Assembly: GCA_973895155.1 (NCBI GenBank)
Contig: OZ316895.1
Location: 19,916,803 to 19,980,802 of the forward strand
DNA from: Marsupella aquatica
Lineage: Eukaryota > Plantae > Marchantiophyta
Reading direction: 5' to 3'
DNA length: 64,000 nucleotides
Shown here piece after piece: positions 34,906-48,590 of the stretch. Within the stretch, counting starts at the first letter, position 1. Every line of letters begins with the position of its first letter. The notes below the pieces were generated by a model, which was not told the DNA's origin, made no database searches, and was given only the letters and a program-made list of their open reading frames with translations. A program made the position numbers and the translations under genes.

Positions 34906-36981
34906 ATGAACAGTTCTTCAGTCATGAGCATGATGGATTGGGATGACAGTTTCGCTAGGTTAAGGAAGAGGCTGGGAGCTCCGCGTAGTCCTCGCCATCG
35001 TTGTGAGGTACCATTTACGGTGCCGGCTTTTCTGAAAGAAGTAAAGCCTTCTCAGTATATCCCGCAAACTGTCTCCCTGGGTTTGAATATGAGATTAGAG
35101 CCAGGAATCGAGTCCAACAAGGCAGAGCTGTTGCGATGCTTTCTGGAGTGGAAGACGGACTCACTCGTAGCGAACAAACAGCAGCAGGCAATGTCCATCA
35201 TTCGCCAAAAATCAGGACGCATCAGTCTTGCCATTGACTCCGTAGATTGTCGTTCTTTGTACACCTGGGACCAACTCGTAGAGGATCTCAAGCTTGACAA
35301 GGACGTGAGAACCGCAAATAGATGGTACGAGATAGAAGCCAGTCCGGTGCGGGCAGTAATCTTGAAGAGCTTTCTGACCCTGGATGCGCTCTTTCTAATC
35401 CTCTTTCTTAGATACTCTTGCCGAAGAGTTTCACAATTGCGTCTTCCTGACAATGTGCACGCCGAACTCGAGAAGCTAACAGTGTACAGGCTTCTTGCAG
35501 AAGCGCGCTCGGCCATTTGGCGAGATGTCTTCTTGCTTGAGAACCAGATTCCTCTCCACATTCTCTGTAAGGTATGGTGCTTGATGCCGGACATGGAGTG
35601 GAGGGAACACGATGAAGCATTGCGTTTGTTCAACAAGCTGCTGAAGGAGGTGGTGAAAGATCGTTACTTAGAGCTATTCGAGAGTTCTTCAGACGAAGGA
35701 GAAAAGTTTGTTTCGAATGCACTATCTGAAGATAAGAACTTCCTGGTGTGTGACCATCTTCTGGACTGCTTCCATTACGTCGTGTGCTACTCGCGACCGG
35801 AGGATGATATGTCTGTCCATATACGTATTGCGGACGAGAAGGGTACCTCCCCTGCTAACACTATCCCGTCGGCCACTCAGCTTCTGAAGGTCGGAATCCG
35901 ACTCGATTCAGGTCAGAATTCAGAATACTTCGAGTCGTCTTACAAATTGAATTGTAAATAGATTTCACATGAAGATATAGCAGTCGTCCGTATAAACGAT
36001 GGAATAGTGGATGGAATGATCAACGGTAGAGGGAAGGACACAGTCGTATACACCAAACTTTCACAGTGCATTATCCTCTGTGCATTCATTTGGAGACTTA
36101 TAATGTGAAATTTAGTTATTTGCTTCGTTTTGTTTCAAGTCCTTGTTAGTACGGCACATGGTTGAACAACGCGATACATGCGTGCAAAAATCCTCGTCGT
36201 GCCGCTTTACCTTCTCGACGATAGTTTCCTTTCCTTTTCTTTCTTGAATTTTGAATGAATTCATATCGACGCTGTGTTTTTGAGCAGTTCTAAAGAAAAT
36301 CGTAATGATGAGTGAGGACGATTTTTCATATGAGTCGTCATAGCAGTTCAAGGAAAGCAGAGAAAAACTTTACGCTCACAACACAACATCCTGATAACAC
36401 TGTAATTCATTTGTGTGCATGGATTGCTCATAGACAAGTGCAACTTCATCTCCCGGATTAAATTCGAAAATTCGTTTTGGAGAGGCCCCGTCCTACGACT
36501 TCCACGATTGTTCATCTCCGATCAAACAGAGTCGCTACTCCGTAATTTAGCCGCATTCGAGATGGTGTCGTTCAGTCAGACTGCTTGTCCAAGAATGGGG
36601 CCCAGGCTGTGCACCGTAACTTCGTTTCTCCTGTTGATGGACAAACTCATTCAGCACAAGGTGGATGTGCAATTGCTGCGAGAGGACGGAATCATCACCA
36701 GTAACATGGGAAATAATGGTGAGGTGTGCGAGGTATGGAACACGCTCTGCAAGGGATTCTTAGTGTCTCAGAACTCGGACTGGGCTGAGATGCTGAAGAA
36801 CTTGAACATACGCTACAAAAGCAGGCGGCACCAGCTCATGGCGGAATGCAAAGACAAATACTTTGACAAACCTTGGAAGGTTATCTCTTGGCTTGCAGGA
36901 ATTCTTTTCTTGGTGATGACAGGACTCCAAACTGTTTTCCAGATGTTACCCTACTTCAAGCCTCCCCCCTTTCACCAGTGA
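34906..36981 (+). CDS. DUF247 / UPF0481 plant protein (~517 aa, 2 exons)
   Basis: Exons 34906-35911 and 36434-36981 (phase 1). Motifs YIPQTVSLG, LDALFLI, DVFLLENQIP, HLLD, IPSATQL..GI, LLRNLAAFE, MDKLI..DVQLL..GII, YFDKPW and a C-terminal TM helix. TATATAAA at ~34362. Confidence 0.9.
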
Positions 36982-38348
36982 CGTACTGCTAAACGACCGA
37001 CCAAGCAGGCTGTCCATGAAATTCGACGACCATCTAAACTTGTCAACACCTTTCACGTTGTGCTATGGCTTGCATCAGCTGGCCGGTTGGCAGCATCTAC
37101 GATCTCGAGAGGTTGGATCCCCAAATCATTTGACTCCTGCACTTAAATACCTTGAAAGAAACATGTGCACTAAGACTGTTGTAAATGCCCTAATTTGTTG
37201 TGTAAATGTGTATATTTTAGCAAGGTGTACAGTTCAGATCCTTCTCATTCTCAGGTGGAATGCTGTATCTCATTCCGCCGATGTTGATGAGACCTGTAGT
37301 CATAGTAGGTTTCTTTCTGATTTTATCGAACCTAGAACTCATTTAGCAGCGTAATTTGTACAAGTTAGCATTAGTGCCCTCATATCTTTTTCAAAGACAC
37401 AGCCGAAAGATCTTACTTAGGAAAATAGATGTAAGTCCATCTAGATTAGAAAGGGACAGGGACATATGCACTATGCAGAAAGCCGAGAGGCTGAATAGAT
37501 AAACACGGAAACTGTTATAGAAAACATTGTCACATATGATTTGTTGTATAAAATTTCCTCGAGACCCGTTCTCTTAAGTACACCCGTCTTTTTGTGCTGT
37601 CCTAGAAACCTGCAACTACAAGTTTCGTTGCTTTCTTGGATTGCATGATAGGATGGAGAGAGCAGCCTATTCTATCCTGTCCGAAGAGCTGCAATTTTTA
37701 TATTTTGGACTCTGGAAATTCCCCTTTGGAGGACAATTGTCAATTAAATGTGTAGACTGTAGGATTATCTTATTCTACCCCCAACTTCAGGGTCCTTTGC
37801 ACATCAAAATGTGATAACAAAAATGTACTATGTCACTCCATACCCCGACAAACCTGGATGTTTTGTTTATATGAGAGTGTCATTTTGAATACATATCTGG
37901 CTGTCGGATTTTTATGTGCAATTACCAGGATGCCAACTTCAGGGCCCTTTGCATGTGTGACGCAAACAACCCATGACTTTCACCGCAAAAATGAAATAGC
38001 CCACAAGCTGTCCAGGCTAAGATGACGGTGCGCTTGCCAGTCTCTTCAGTGCAGACTCTTCGTTTTGGAGAAGTAGGATTTGTAGTATATAGACAGGGCA
38101 GACTATTCGTTTTGGAGAAGAGGAAGACTTGCTCATAAACCAAACCATTACAGGAGAGAAGTTAAGGGCTGTTTCAAAGTTCAGAATACTTTTGCTGTCT
38201 TTTGGCTAACTCTCAAAAGATACGCCAACTTTAGGTGAGGCCAGAATATGTGGGTTGGCACTCATTGCAACCAGTCATGATCTAACAAATGCATACATGC
38301 TTAAACCTGGGTAGCATGAGCACAATTGCATCTAACAATGAAACCACA

Positions 38349-38615
38349 ACTTTTTTCTTTTTTTCTTTTGGCCTCTAAAAAACCAAGTGAATTCCATTCA
38401 AATAGTCAAAATACAAACAAAGGGGGAACACCAAAAGGGCCACACCCCAGAAGTCTGAAGATCGATGTGCTAAAACCGGTGAAGCCGGTGCTAGGGGAGA
38501 ATCTGAGCCTCGGACAGGGGTAACTAAACAAGTAATTTAGATACTACAGCGGGAGCAGCACACTCCTAAGACCGGCCAGTGATCAAGTCCCGGAGAGGTT
38601 CCATCCAGTGAGATT
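38349..38615 (-). mobile_element. Short retroposon-like insert
   Basis: T-rich left end. AAACCACA direct repeats at 38341-38348 and 38616-38623. Confidence 0.4.
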
Positions 38616-38760
38616 AAACCACAGGGTTTGATATAAAAAAATTGTGTACTCTACGGTATTCTAAGTTCTTCAGGATTTGCACTGAAGAATGAATTGGGCA
38701 GAGGGCAGGATAACGTCATAATTGGTGTCATTTTCAAAATTCCACTTGTCTGAAGTATTC

Positions 38761-41700
38761 TGTTAGATATTGCTCTAGTCTTGTGACTCATGAGCCAACC
38801 TTAGTTAGTCTAACTCGGGTTAGGACTTAGCTAATGTTAGCGGTTGTGCTGGTATGCATATAGCCAGGGCTGATGCCAGACCATGGTGGAACTTAGGCTC
38901 ATTGTTACGAAGCTAGTTGAGAGATAGGGAGAGCTTGTGCTGTGGATGCTTGGTATGTCCAATCGGCCTAGAGTGCAGTAAAGCTCTTGTGTGTTCCCGT
39001 GGACGTAGCCTCATGTGGAGGTGAACCACATATCTCTCTGTGTCAACTATTGTGCGTTGGATGGTTCATGGGCTTGCCGTTGCGAATGTCGTCTATGCTC
39101 AACAAGAGGTATCAGAGCATGCTTGGGAGGTGACAAGGTTTTTTCGTGACGGGTTTTTTCCAGCGTTCATTGTCGATGGTACATTCAGAGTTTTGTCGCA
39201 TGAAACTCGAATGTGTGTGGCTGTGCGGATAGGTTAGTGAGAGGGCTTTCTAACGGTGGTTAGAACTCGCTGATCGGTATCCGTGGTGCAAAGGAATCAA
39301 AGTTTGCGTCCCCGTTTGCGTCGTTCAGGTTTTATTCGTGTCCGACGGGTTTTCGGGGGAGAGACTAGAGATCGCGTTCTTCAACGGTGTGAACTGTGCG
39401 GTGTTCGGGGGATCGCACATTATAGCTCAAGTTGAAGGTTGAAGTGAGCTGGTTGTTTCGGTAGCTGGATTGCTGCCGAGTTGTTACCGAGTGCGTCGTG
39501 ACGAGTGAAGGAGGCGTTCAGGTTTTTTCACAAGCTATGGAGCTTGTTCTCATCTGAACCGGGTTTCTTTACGTGATGTCCAACTCGGTGGAAGAAACGC
39601 AAAGTGCCACGGCTCAACAGTTTGATCGCGGCAAGGCGGTCGTTTTGAGCCCGGGATTGGCACTTGACGCGGAGTGAAGATGATGCGACATAATTTTTTA
39701 ATTGAGCTGGGGCTGCAGACTGTGCCGGTGTAATTCGGCAACTTTTTCCGTCGGCGGCGTTCACTTTCTCCGTTTCAATCAACGGCAATTGAAGTGAGTT
39801 TTTTCTTGTCACTTTGGGGGGAGTTTTTTAATTTTTAAGGGGGTTTGTAACCCCTTGTGTGTGTACAAACACACGACCCCCCGGCCCTGTGTACTTGTAT
39901 ACCCCCCCGCACCCCGATTAATTCTTACCGCAGCGGCGGTGAGTTGCGCAGCCGCAGCTGGCCGCGTTTACCCCCCGGCCCTTCGCGAGCCCATGAACAG
40001 GGGCTTGCTGCCCCATCCTGCACCCCCGCCGTTACATTCCCCGGCCCTGCTCACCGGCTTGCGACCTGCCGGTCGCTCCCCTCATGCGAGCCCGCGCCCC
40101 TATAGCCTGGCGTACGCAGCCGCGAGGCTGCCGTCGACTCCTTGCCCCCGCACCCTCACTTATCTCCGGCTGGGCCATGCGACTATACACGGCTGCGTAT
40201 GCAACCGCCCGATACTGCCGTGTAATTCCCCCTCCTCGACCCTCGACGGTGCCTGGCCCGCCTCGCGTCGCCTATACGCAGATGCGCCTTTTTTATACCT
40301 GTATTTTTAGAAATTAGGGACTTTGAACCCCCTTAAGGCCCCATTTTTAGCATTTTCTTTCTCCTTTGCTTTTCCTCTTGTGCCGGGACCTGCCGCCCTC
40401 CGTTTTAACCGCTCCGACAGGGGGAACGGCCCCCTGTGAGACCTGTCGGACTGTGCGGGAATATTCCCAAAAAACAGAGAGCTGTTTTTTGGCCGTTCGA
40501 CAAAGATTTTGTCCGCCGAACGGTAATTTTTTTGGTTCTTTTTTTGGAGAGGACGTGTCACTGGAGTTAGCAACGCGGCGCACCAATCACATCGCGATTC
40601 CGACGAGGGGTTGTACTTGGTATTCTGGTTATTCTCCGAGGTGGTCAAAACGGGGGAGTTTCCCAAGGTTTTACCCACCCCGACCAAAATTTGAATAACT
40701 TTTCCGTCGAATTTTGATTTTGATTTTGGCTTTCAGTATTGGACTCCTAGCTTCGTGGGCTATGAGGCGGTGTTGAGTTTTGAGTTTTATGAGAAGTTTC
40801 AAAAAAAGATGTTTTTTCGTGATTGTTTCATATGAGTGACTCGGAGGATATTGGAAGAATTGGCGTCGGTGGAGCTTCAGGATCGCGACGGAGAGTTTGA
40901 GGAGGAGCTGCTACCGTTTGAGGAGGAACAAATATCACCGGTACGATCAATGGTGCGGCGTGCAGTGGAGGAAGCTGTACTACTACCAGAGTTGTCGGTA
41001 GTAGGGAAGAAGAGGGAGATGGCTAGATTTGGAGGAGTGAAGTTTGACGTCCGTGGAGAAGTACGATGGTCGTACTGATTACTTGTTGTGGGAGAAGCAA
41101 GTGAAGGGTGTTCTTCGGGCCATGGGCTTAGCGCATCTACTTTCTTCGCGAGAGCAGTATGATGGAGAAGAGGAGATTTCTGTGAAGCAGTGGAGACAGG
41201 AGCAGGTGATTGTTGTCAATGCAGTCATGCTATACCTCAAGCCGCATATCATCAAGAAGCTAGATGATTATGACGATTGTGCATCACTATTCAAGGCTCA
41301 AAGAGTTCTACTACCGAGAAGATGCGTCAGACCGGCTGTACAAGAAGTCTCTCTTGATGAGCCTCAGGTTCAAGGAAGGGAGCAAGCTGCACGATCACCT
41401 GGATGAGTTTGATAGTCTAGCGGTTGATCTGTCAAACCTGGGAAAATGAGTTGAAGATTAGGATAAGGCCTTGCTTTTGCTAAGCTCCTTACCGCCGTTA
41501 TATCAGGGCTTGAAATAGGTGCTCTTGTATAGAGATCTTAAGTCCATTTTGTATAATGAGGTGGTGAGCTCTTTACTGTCTGATGATGCACAGAAGAAGC
41601 TGGGTCAATCACAGACAACATCTTCTTCTAGCACTGTGCTGAACGTGAAACGTGGGAGAGCAGCGAAGCGCTTAAATGGGCAGAACAGGTTTAGATCTAC

Positions 41701-44681
41701 ATCACGGGGGAGATCTAAATCCAGAGGGAAATCGCAAGAAAGGAAGCCTCTTGCATGTTGAAATTGTGACAAGTTTGGCCACATGAAAATGGATTGTCGA
41801 GTAAAGAACCCTACTGCATCTGCTAACATGGCATCGAGCTCGCATGAGGTAGATTTACTCGATGATGATGACATATTGTGATGCCAAGGTTATGCTCTCA
41901 ACGTAGTGTCAAATCCAGGTAGTGATGACTGGATTCTAGATAGTGCATGCACTTTTCACATTTGCTCTAGGAGAGATTTTTTCAGTTCTTACACGGTTTC
42001 TAACGGGTTAGTGTTGATGAGAAATGGAATCCCATGTCAAGTTGTTGGACTTGGATCTGTAAGATTTCAGATGTTTGATGGTGCTGTGAGAACGTTGAGG
42101 AATGTGAGACATATTCCCAGCATGATGAAAAATCTCATTTCACTTGGAGTTTTAGAAGCAAATGACCATCAATGGAGTTCTGCTAATGGCGTCCTTCAGG
42201 TTTCAACTGGTACTAAAGTTGTATTGAAGGGAAAGAGACATAACAATCTATACGTTTTGGAGGGCAGTGTAGTCTGTGATGAAGCCAATGTAACCTTATC
42301 TCATGAGGAGACAGCCCGACTGTGACACTTCCGTTTGGGCCACATGAGTGAAAAAGGTTTGGTTATTCTTCAAAAGAAAGGATTACTTTCTAATTTGCAA
42401 TCTTGTAAGTTGGAATTCTGTGAGCATAGTGTGCTTGGGAAGCAGCACAGGAAACCCTTTGGAGTTGGAACTCACACCAGCAAGGAGGTACTTGAGTATG
42501 TACATAATGATGTGTGGGGTCCAGCCCCTACTCCCTCACATTCTGGATGGTTATACTATGTCACGTTCATTGACGATTACTCAAGGTATGTGTGGATATA
42601 CTTTCTACATAGTAAGTCTGATATTTTTGCCACTTTTAAGGAGTGAAATGTCCAAGTTGAGAATCAGACTCGTAATGAGGTGAGATATCTTCGATCGAAT
42701 AACGACGGTGAATACAGTTCTAGGGAATTTGGAACGTATTGTAAGGAGCAGGGGATTACCCGCCATCTCACAACAGGTTATACTCCTCAGTAGAATGGTG
42801 TTTCTGAGAGACTCAACTGAACACTATTGGACTGCTCGAGGAGTATGTTGAGTCAATCATGCTTACCACATGAGTTTTGGGCTGAAGCTGTCAACACTAC
42901 AACTTATTTGGTAAATTTTTCTCCATCAAGTTCTATTGGATTCAAGACGCCATTTGAAATGAGGTACGGGCGTCCAGCAGATTACTCACATCTGAGGATT
43001 TTTGGATGTGATGCTTATGTGCTTACACCTTCCCAGTTTCGATCCAAGTTGGAGTCCAAGTCGAAGAAGTGCATTTTCCTTGGCTATCAAAAAGATGTGA
43101 AGGGTTATAGGTTATGGGATCCAGTAACCTGTAAACTAATTGTCAATAGAGATGTGTCCTTTAATGAATCCAGATCATCAAAGGAGGGGGAGAGTTCTCA
43201 AGACTCCCATACTGACAAAGGGAAATCTCCCATCCCGGACCGAGTTGAAGGGGAGATTAGTCATGATGTTGTTCATGACAGGAGAGATGGAGAAGCTCCG
43301 GGCTTGGAGCTGGTTCCTGTAATGGAACAAGAGGAGCAGATTGTTGCTGGGGTAACTCAACTTCAGCCAGCAGTAGCAGCAGATCAACCTGAGTCATCTA
43401 CTAGAAGAACTTCAGTCATTCTACTAGAGCTCCTACCAGGTATGGTCAATGGGCAGACTCATCTAAGCTAGATGATATTGACATTGCACTTGATGAAGAT
43501 GATATGGCTTTGATCTTGGAAGAAAGAGAGCCTTCTTCGTATCATGAGGCTTGTGCTTTAAAGCAAAAGCATGAGTGGAATGCAGCAATGCAGAGGGAGT
43601 TGTAATCTTTAAGTAACAACAAGACATGGGAGCCGGTGGAGCTTACAAAAGGTCAACAAGTGGTGGACAGCAAGTGGATCTACAAGTTGAAGGACAGTCC
43701 TTTAGAGGGTGGAGATAAGATTTACAAGGCAAGGCTTGTTGCCAAGGGGTTCACTCAGGAGAAAGGAGTGGACTACAATGAGGTCTTTTCACTGGTGGCT
43801 AAGTATTCCATAATTCAGATCTTGTGTCAGCTTGTTGTGTTTTTTGGTCTAGTGATGGATTAGATGGATGCTGTTACTGCTTTTCTCTATGACAACTTGG
43901 AAGAGATGATCTTCATGAGACAGCCACTAGGCTTTATGAAGAAGGGCCAAGAGAACTTAGTTTGCAGATTGCTCAAGTCCTTGTATGGATTGAAGCAGTC
44001 TCCCAGACAATGGAACAAGCGGTTTAATGATTTCATGCTTGCTCAAGATTTTACAAGGATGGTATTTGATCCTTGTGTGTATACAAAATCAGTCAAGAAT
44101 GATGTGTTTGGTTTCATAATTCTGGTGATCTATGTGGATGACATGCTGATTGTGGCTAAAGATCAATTTGAGGTTGAAAGTCTCAAGGCGAAATTGAGTG
44201 TTGAATTCAGGATGAAGGATCTTGGTAAGGCCAAGAGGATCTTAGGGATGGAGATTTTTTGGAACTCTGATACTGGACAATTGTGCTTGAGTCAAGGCCA
44301 GTATGCAAAGAAAGTACTTGCATTCAGATTCAACATGGAAAACTGTAAGCCAGTGAGTATTCATTTAGCTTCACATTTCAAGTTATCATTGGCTTTCTCT
44401 CCTATGGATGCTGTGGAGAAAGGTCTGATGGCTAAGATTCGTTATGAGAAGGCAATAGGCAGTCTGATGTATTTGATGACTTGTACTAGGCCTGACTTGG
44501 CCCTAGCGATGGGCAAGGTTAGCAGATTCATGTCAAATCCAGGGAAGGTAGATTGGGAAGCTGTGAAGTGGATTCTCAGGTATCTATAGCTAGGGAACAC
44601 AGGACTATGGATTACTATTTGATAACAGATCAGATAGATGGTTCATGGGCTTGCCGTTGCGAATATCATCTATGCTCAACA
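38761..44681 (+). mobile_element. Ty1/copia LTR retrotransposon (Tork-like), decayed, with RNaseH/PPT and most of the 3' LTR deleted
   Basis: 5' LTR 38761-39104 (TGTTAG..CAACA), PBS GGTATCAGAGC 39108-39118 (tRNA-iMet), gag from ATG 41019 (KFD/VEKYDG), zinc-knuckle remnant, PR WILDSACTFH, INT, RT (LYGLKQSPRQW, YVDDML), last 45 bp of the LTR at 44637-44681, TSD TATTC (38756-38760, 44682-44686). Confidence 0.94.
41019..44630 (+). pseudogene. Disrupted gag-pol of the Tork-like element
   Basis: Fragmented ORFs between 41044 and 44589 with many TAG/TGA stops and frameshifts. Confidence 0.92.
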
Positions 44682-46236
44682 TATTCCATTTAGAAAATCA
44701 GTTTTACTTTTATTTTCAAAAAACATAGTTGTAGATCTCGCCAAATCGTTGTTTTGAGACTTGTATGGCTTGCTAAAACGGACAGATGAGATTGGTAGAT
44801 GCAAACTAAAATGGATGGCCCAGATCTCAGGAGTTTGAATTTCACCAATTAGATCAAAACGATCGGCTTTCCCTTTTCTCCCTAAACATTCCATATTATT
44901 GGATACAATTTTTGCCAGCCCTAGATCTTGGAGAGACCTTTTATTTGGAGCCCTTGAATGCATCAAACCATGGAGAGGATGCGCAGGGGAGCGAAAATCT
45001 GATGGCTCAATGGAGGATGGTTGCCTGTGTCCATGGGTGAGGAGAGATATTTGAATGAGGCCTCCAAGTAACTAAGAGCCTCTTATACAGGGAAGGGAGT
45101 TGTGGTTTAGAACATTGGTTAGATCATTTCTAAAACTCTAAAAGGGTACATAAGGACCAAGAAAATGATCATGAAGCAGTTTCACACTTCTGAAGTTCCT
45201 AAAAATTCACTTTCTGTGGACCACCCTCCAGATATGGTTGATTATGTCTAGATCTAAGTGCACTCCTTAGTGCATCACTTCACTGCCAATTACTCAATAA
45301 AGTTTTAGTGGCTTTCATACCTTCCAAAAAAGATGTTAAATTGAAATTCATGCCAAGTACTGTAACTGCTTACTGTTACACCAGCCAGATTGTTTGCCTC
45401 AGGTCACCTAAACGTAGAGACACAATCCATTCTTAATACCAAATTCTTATTGGGAATCAAGTATCCTACCTTCAACTATCTACAATCTGGTTTTTGAAGT
45501 CCTTGTTCGGAATTGTGGAACCAGCTGACTGAAGTGAGGTACATACTTTGCTTACAATTTTTTTGCCAAGCTGCATGTGATTTACACCATCACCCTCTTA
45601 CTGGGCTTAGTGAAGTCTTTCAATGGGAGGAGGAAATTTGACAAGGACATCCCATGGATGAGTGTTTGTGCATAGATTGATGAGACACCTTCCTTTACAC
45701 TCATACAGTATGGGATTGGATTTGTATAGTATAGAGGGAGAAGTACATATGGGGCAAGAAAGTAGCCAGGGGGAGGCCAGATACAAAGTGGAGGCCCACA
45801 GATGACTTGGGGTGAGGGATTCATGCTTGGTTTGTTGCAACAGGTTGTGATTAAGTTGCCACTATAGATGTTTGAAGTTACATAGTCACTGTATTTACAA
45901 ATATGTCATGGTTTTGTATATACCTACCTTGGTTACCTTAGTGAACTTGCTGTCCATATATGAAACTATGGTATATTCGTAAATGCAAAAAAATTGTGGC
46001 ACTAACGTCAATTAGAATATCTTTAGTGACAAAAACTAGAACATCTTTAGTGACAAAATACTTAAAAGTTGTTTGTCTAAATTGACAACGAGGGGGGACT
46101 GTGGCCATCAGAGGGGGGATGGGGAAAAGGTAGGGTGGCTGTTGGGTTAGGAGGCAAGTGAGAGTGAAATAAACCACCAGTTATTCGAATCTAACCAGAG
46201 GTTGATGACCGCACTAGCTTACGGAGCAAGGGCACT

Positions 46237-46406
46237 AGCTCATTGATGGAGCAAAGTAAAGTCTTGGGACCTGACTAGTTGCATGAAATTCCTTCATAGG
46301 ACGTAGGAGACTACCATGAGCAGCTTATTGACGGAGCAAAATGAAGTCTTGGGACCTGAATAGTTGCATGAAATTCCTTCATATGACGTAGAAGACAACC
46401 ATCAGC
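46237..46406. repeat. 85-bp tandem repeat x2
   Basis: AGCT.ATTGA.GGAGCAAA.T.AAGTCTTGGGACCTGA.TAGTTGCATGAAATTCCTTCATA.GACGTAG occurs twice. Confidence 0.88.
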
Positions 46407-48590
46407 GATGGATTCTCAGGTACATTAGAACTCAGCAGAACAACAGGACTAGTTACGACAGGAGGAAAAAATTCAATCAAATGGGTTTAGTTCAAGCTGG
46501 CGTCCTGAAGAAGGATAGGATGAGTAGGTGTGACGAGCCTAAAATGTGTGGTGAACTGAGTTGATCTGTAGAAATGCCCCTTTGATATCATAAATATATC
46601 GCGATCTCGTGTCCTGTTTTCTTTAGGGCAAGCCATTTCATGGCTCTGAACCGGCAATTCGCGGATCAGGACGCTGTACAGATTAGTCTCACCGACATCG
46701 TCATGCTCGAGGCATCAGTCAGTAATAGCCAGATGAGCTGCTACTCCTGCTCTTGGTGTTTGACATAGCATCTGGTACGTAACTCTGGTCTGCAATCGAT
46801 GAGCTTTGGCTAGCTCTGCAACAGAGTTCGCAATCTGAGTCCATGCATAATTCACATTGCCAGATACTCATGTCGTAGAAGTGTGGAATTTAAAAATTGT
46901 AGCTGTAACAACAATCTAAAGTAGTGCTTAGGAAATACAATTCTTTAGTAGATAGTCCATTATTGGAGTGCTTGCCTTTCGAGCTGTAGATGTGAGGACA
47001 GTAATTATTTCCCTGGACATGAGCATCCGTAATTGCTTCTTGTAGCTGTAGGAGTTTTAAAAAATGGAAATTAGCCTTTCAACTATGTAGTTCAAACGAC
47101 TGTCATATGCTCCTTAATTGCTTCTTCTAGCTCCAGGAGGCTTGAAAAAAATTGCTTTCAAACAAAGCACTGTCAGGATATTTCCCTTCCGTAACTGAAG
47201 CCTCTTGTTGTTTCTGTAAATAATGTCGAACAACTGCATATTTTATAAGAAGTCTGCGACACATGCAAGAGAACAATATCTGGCGCCACCGTCCTTTTTA
47301 AGGTCTACTAAATCGATTGAACCGTACACTACAGCTAATTCTTGATTGTGAGATGCTTTAGACCAGTCATGTTCGCAGAGGGCAAGAAGCAAACGCGAAA
47401 ATTCCGTTCACTTCTTCACTTCACATTCTGCGAACTGGTTGTCAAGGAGAGTCCAATCCAGGGGACCTGTTAAGCTGTTGACAAAGAATGGATTGATAAA
47501 ACTGGCCAATGACCTGAATCAAGTAAAATTGCTCATCGTCAAAGAAGTGGGGTGACACAGCACGGCCCACAGTCAGCACCAAGTAGGCTACAACGACATC
47601 CTTTATTATCCATTGATTGACAAAGAGGGTATGCATGCATCTCCATAAGTCATGTCCTCTTCATCACACTATAAAATGCTGAAATTGGCATGTTCATGTA
47701 ACAAAGATTCTCCGCCCTCTGTGATAAGAGAGTGCTTGAAAATGTAATCTACACGCCTTCACATAGTTGAATTGCTTCATTCGAGACATCAGCTTTCTCT
47801 CTTATCGTTATTGAGAACACCGAAAGTGCACTAACACTTTCACATGCAGATACCATTCCACTCCATATTAGTCATCTAATGTTGATAACGTTTTACTATC
47901 CTGTTCTTAAAAAAAATGCTAGACAATTACCAGGTATGCTATCCAAAAGACAGCGTTACTCTGGACGCTGAATAGGAGCAGATTAAATAGCTTGTAGCAA
48001 CTCCAGGTCCAGCGCCTCGAATCTTTGGCCGCTGATAATTGCTTCTCTCCAGAAACACGGCTTGCAGATTCCTTCCCCATTTTGAGCCGAGACAGAACTG
48101 AGACAAAAACAAAGATCCACGCGCATGAGAGATAGAGATCAAGACGCATGACAGACAGAAAGTCATCCCAACTCTCTCCAAGTTGAGATTGGATGCGAGA
48201 AGCAGGAAAATACACCCAAAGTGCCTTTCCTTAAGTTCTTCATTTAATCGATCCCACAAACTCAGTTCTCTATGTAGAATACTTTCCCCTTCAGGGTTGA
48301 TGTCATCTATCCCATAAGTTCACCAGACTCCTATCTGATGTACCGGCAAAATTGACGATATCAGCCAGCAAAAATCTTAGTATGGCCGCACATTATGCCA
48401 GAAGAGTTCCGTCTCTTCACATCTTCCTCTTGAAGTTCCATCTAGTCTAACTACTGCCTCTGCCAAAAATTGAATAACTTAGCCGAAGAAGGGAGATGGA
48501 GAGTGGGTGGGTTTTAGCCATGGCTTTCACATTTAGATGGGATTGAGAGAGACATTTCTAACACTTGACCTAATTCTGTGGCATTACTAC

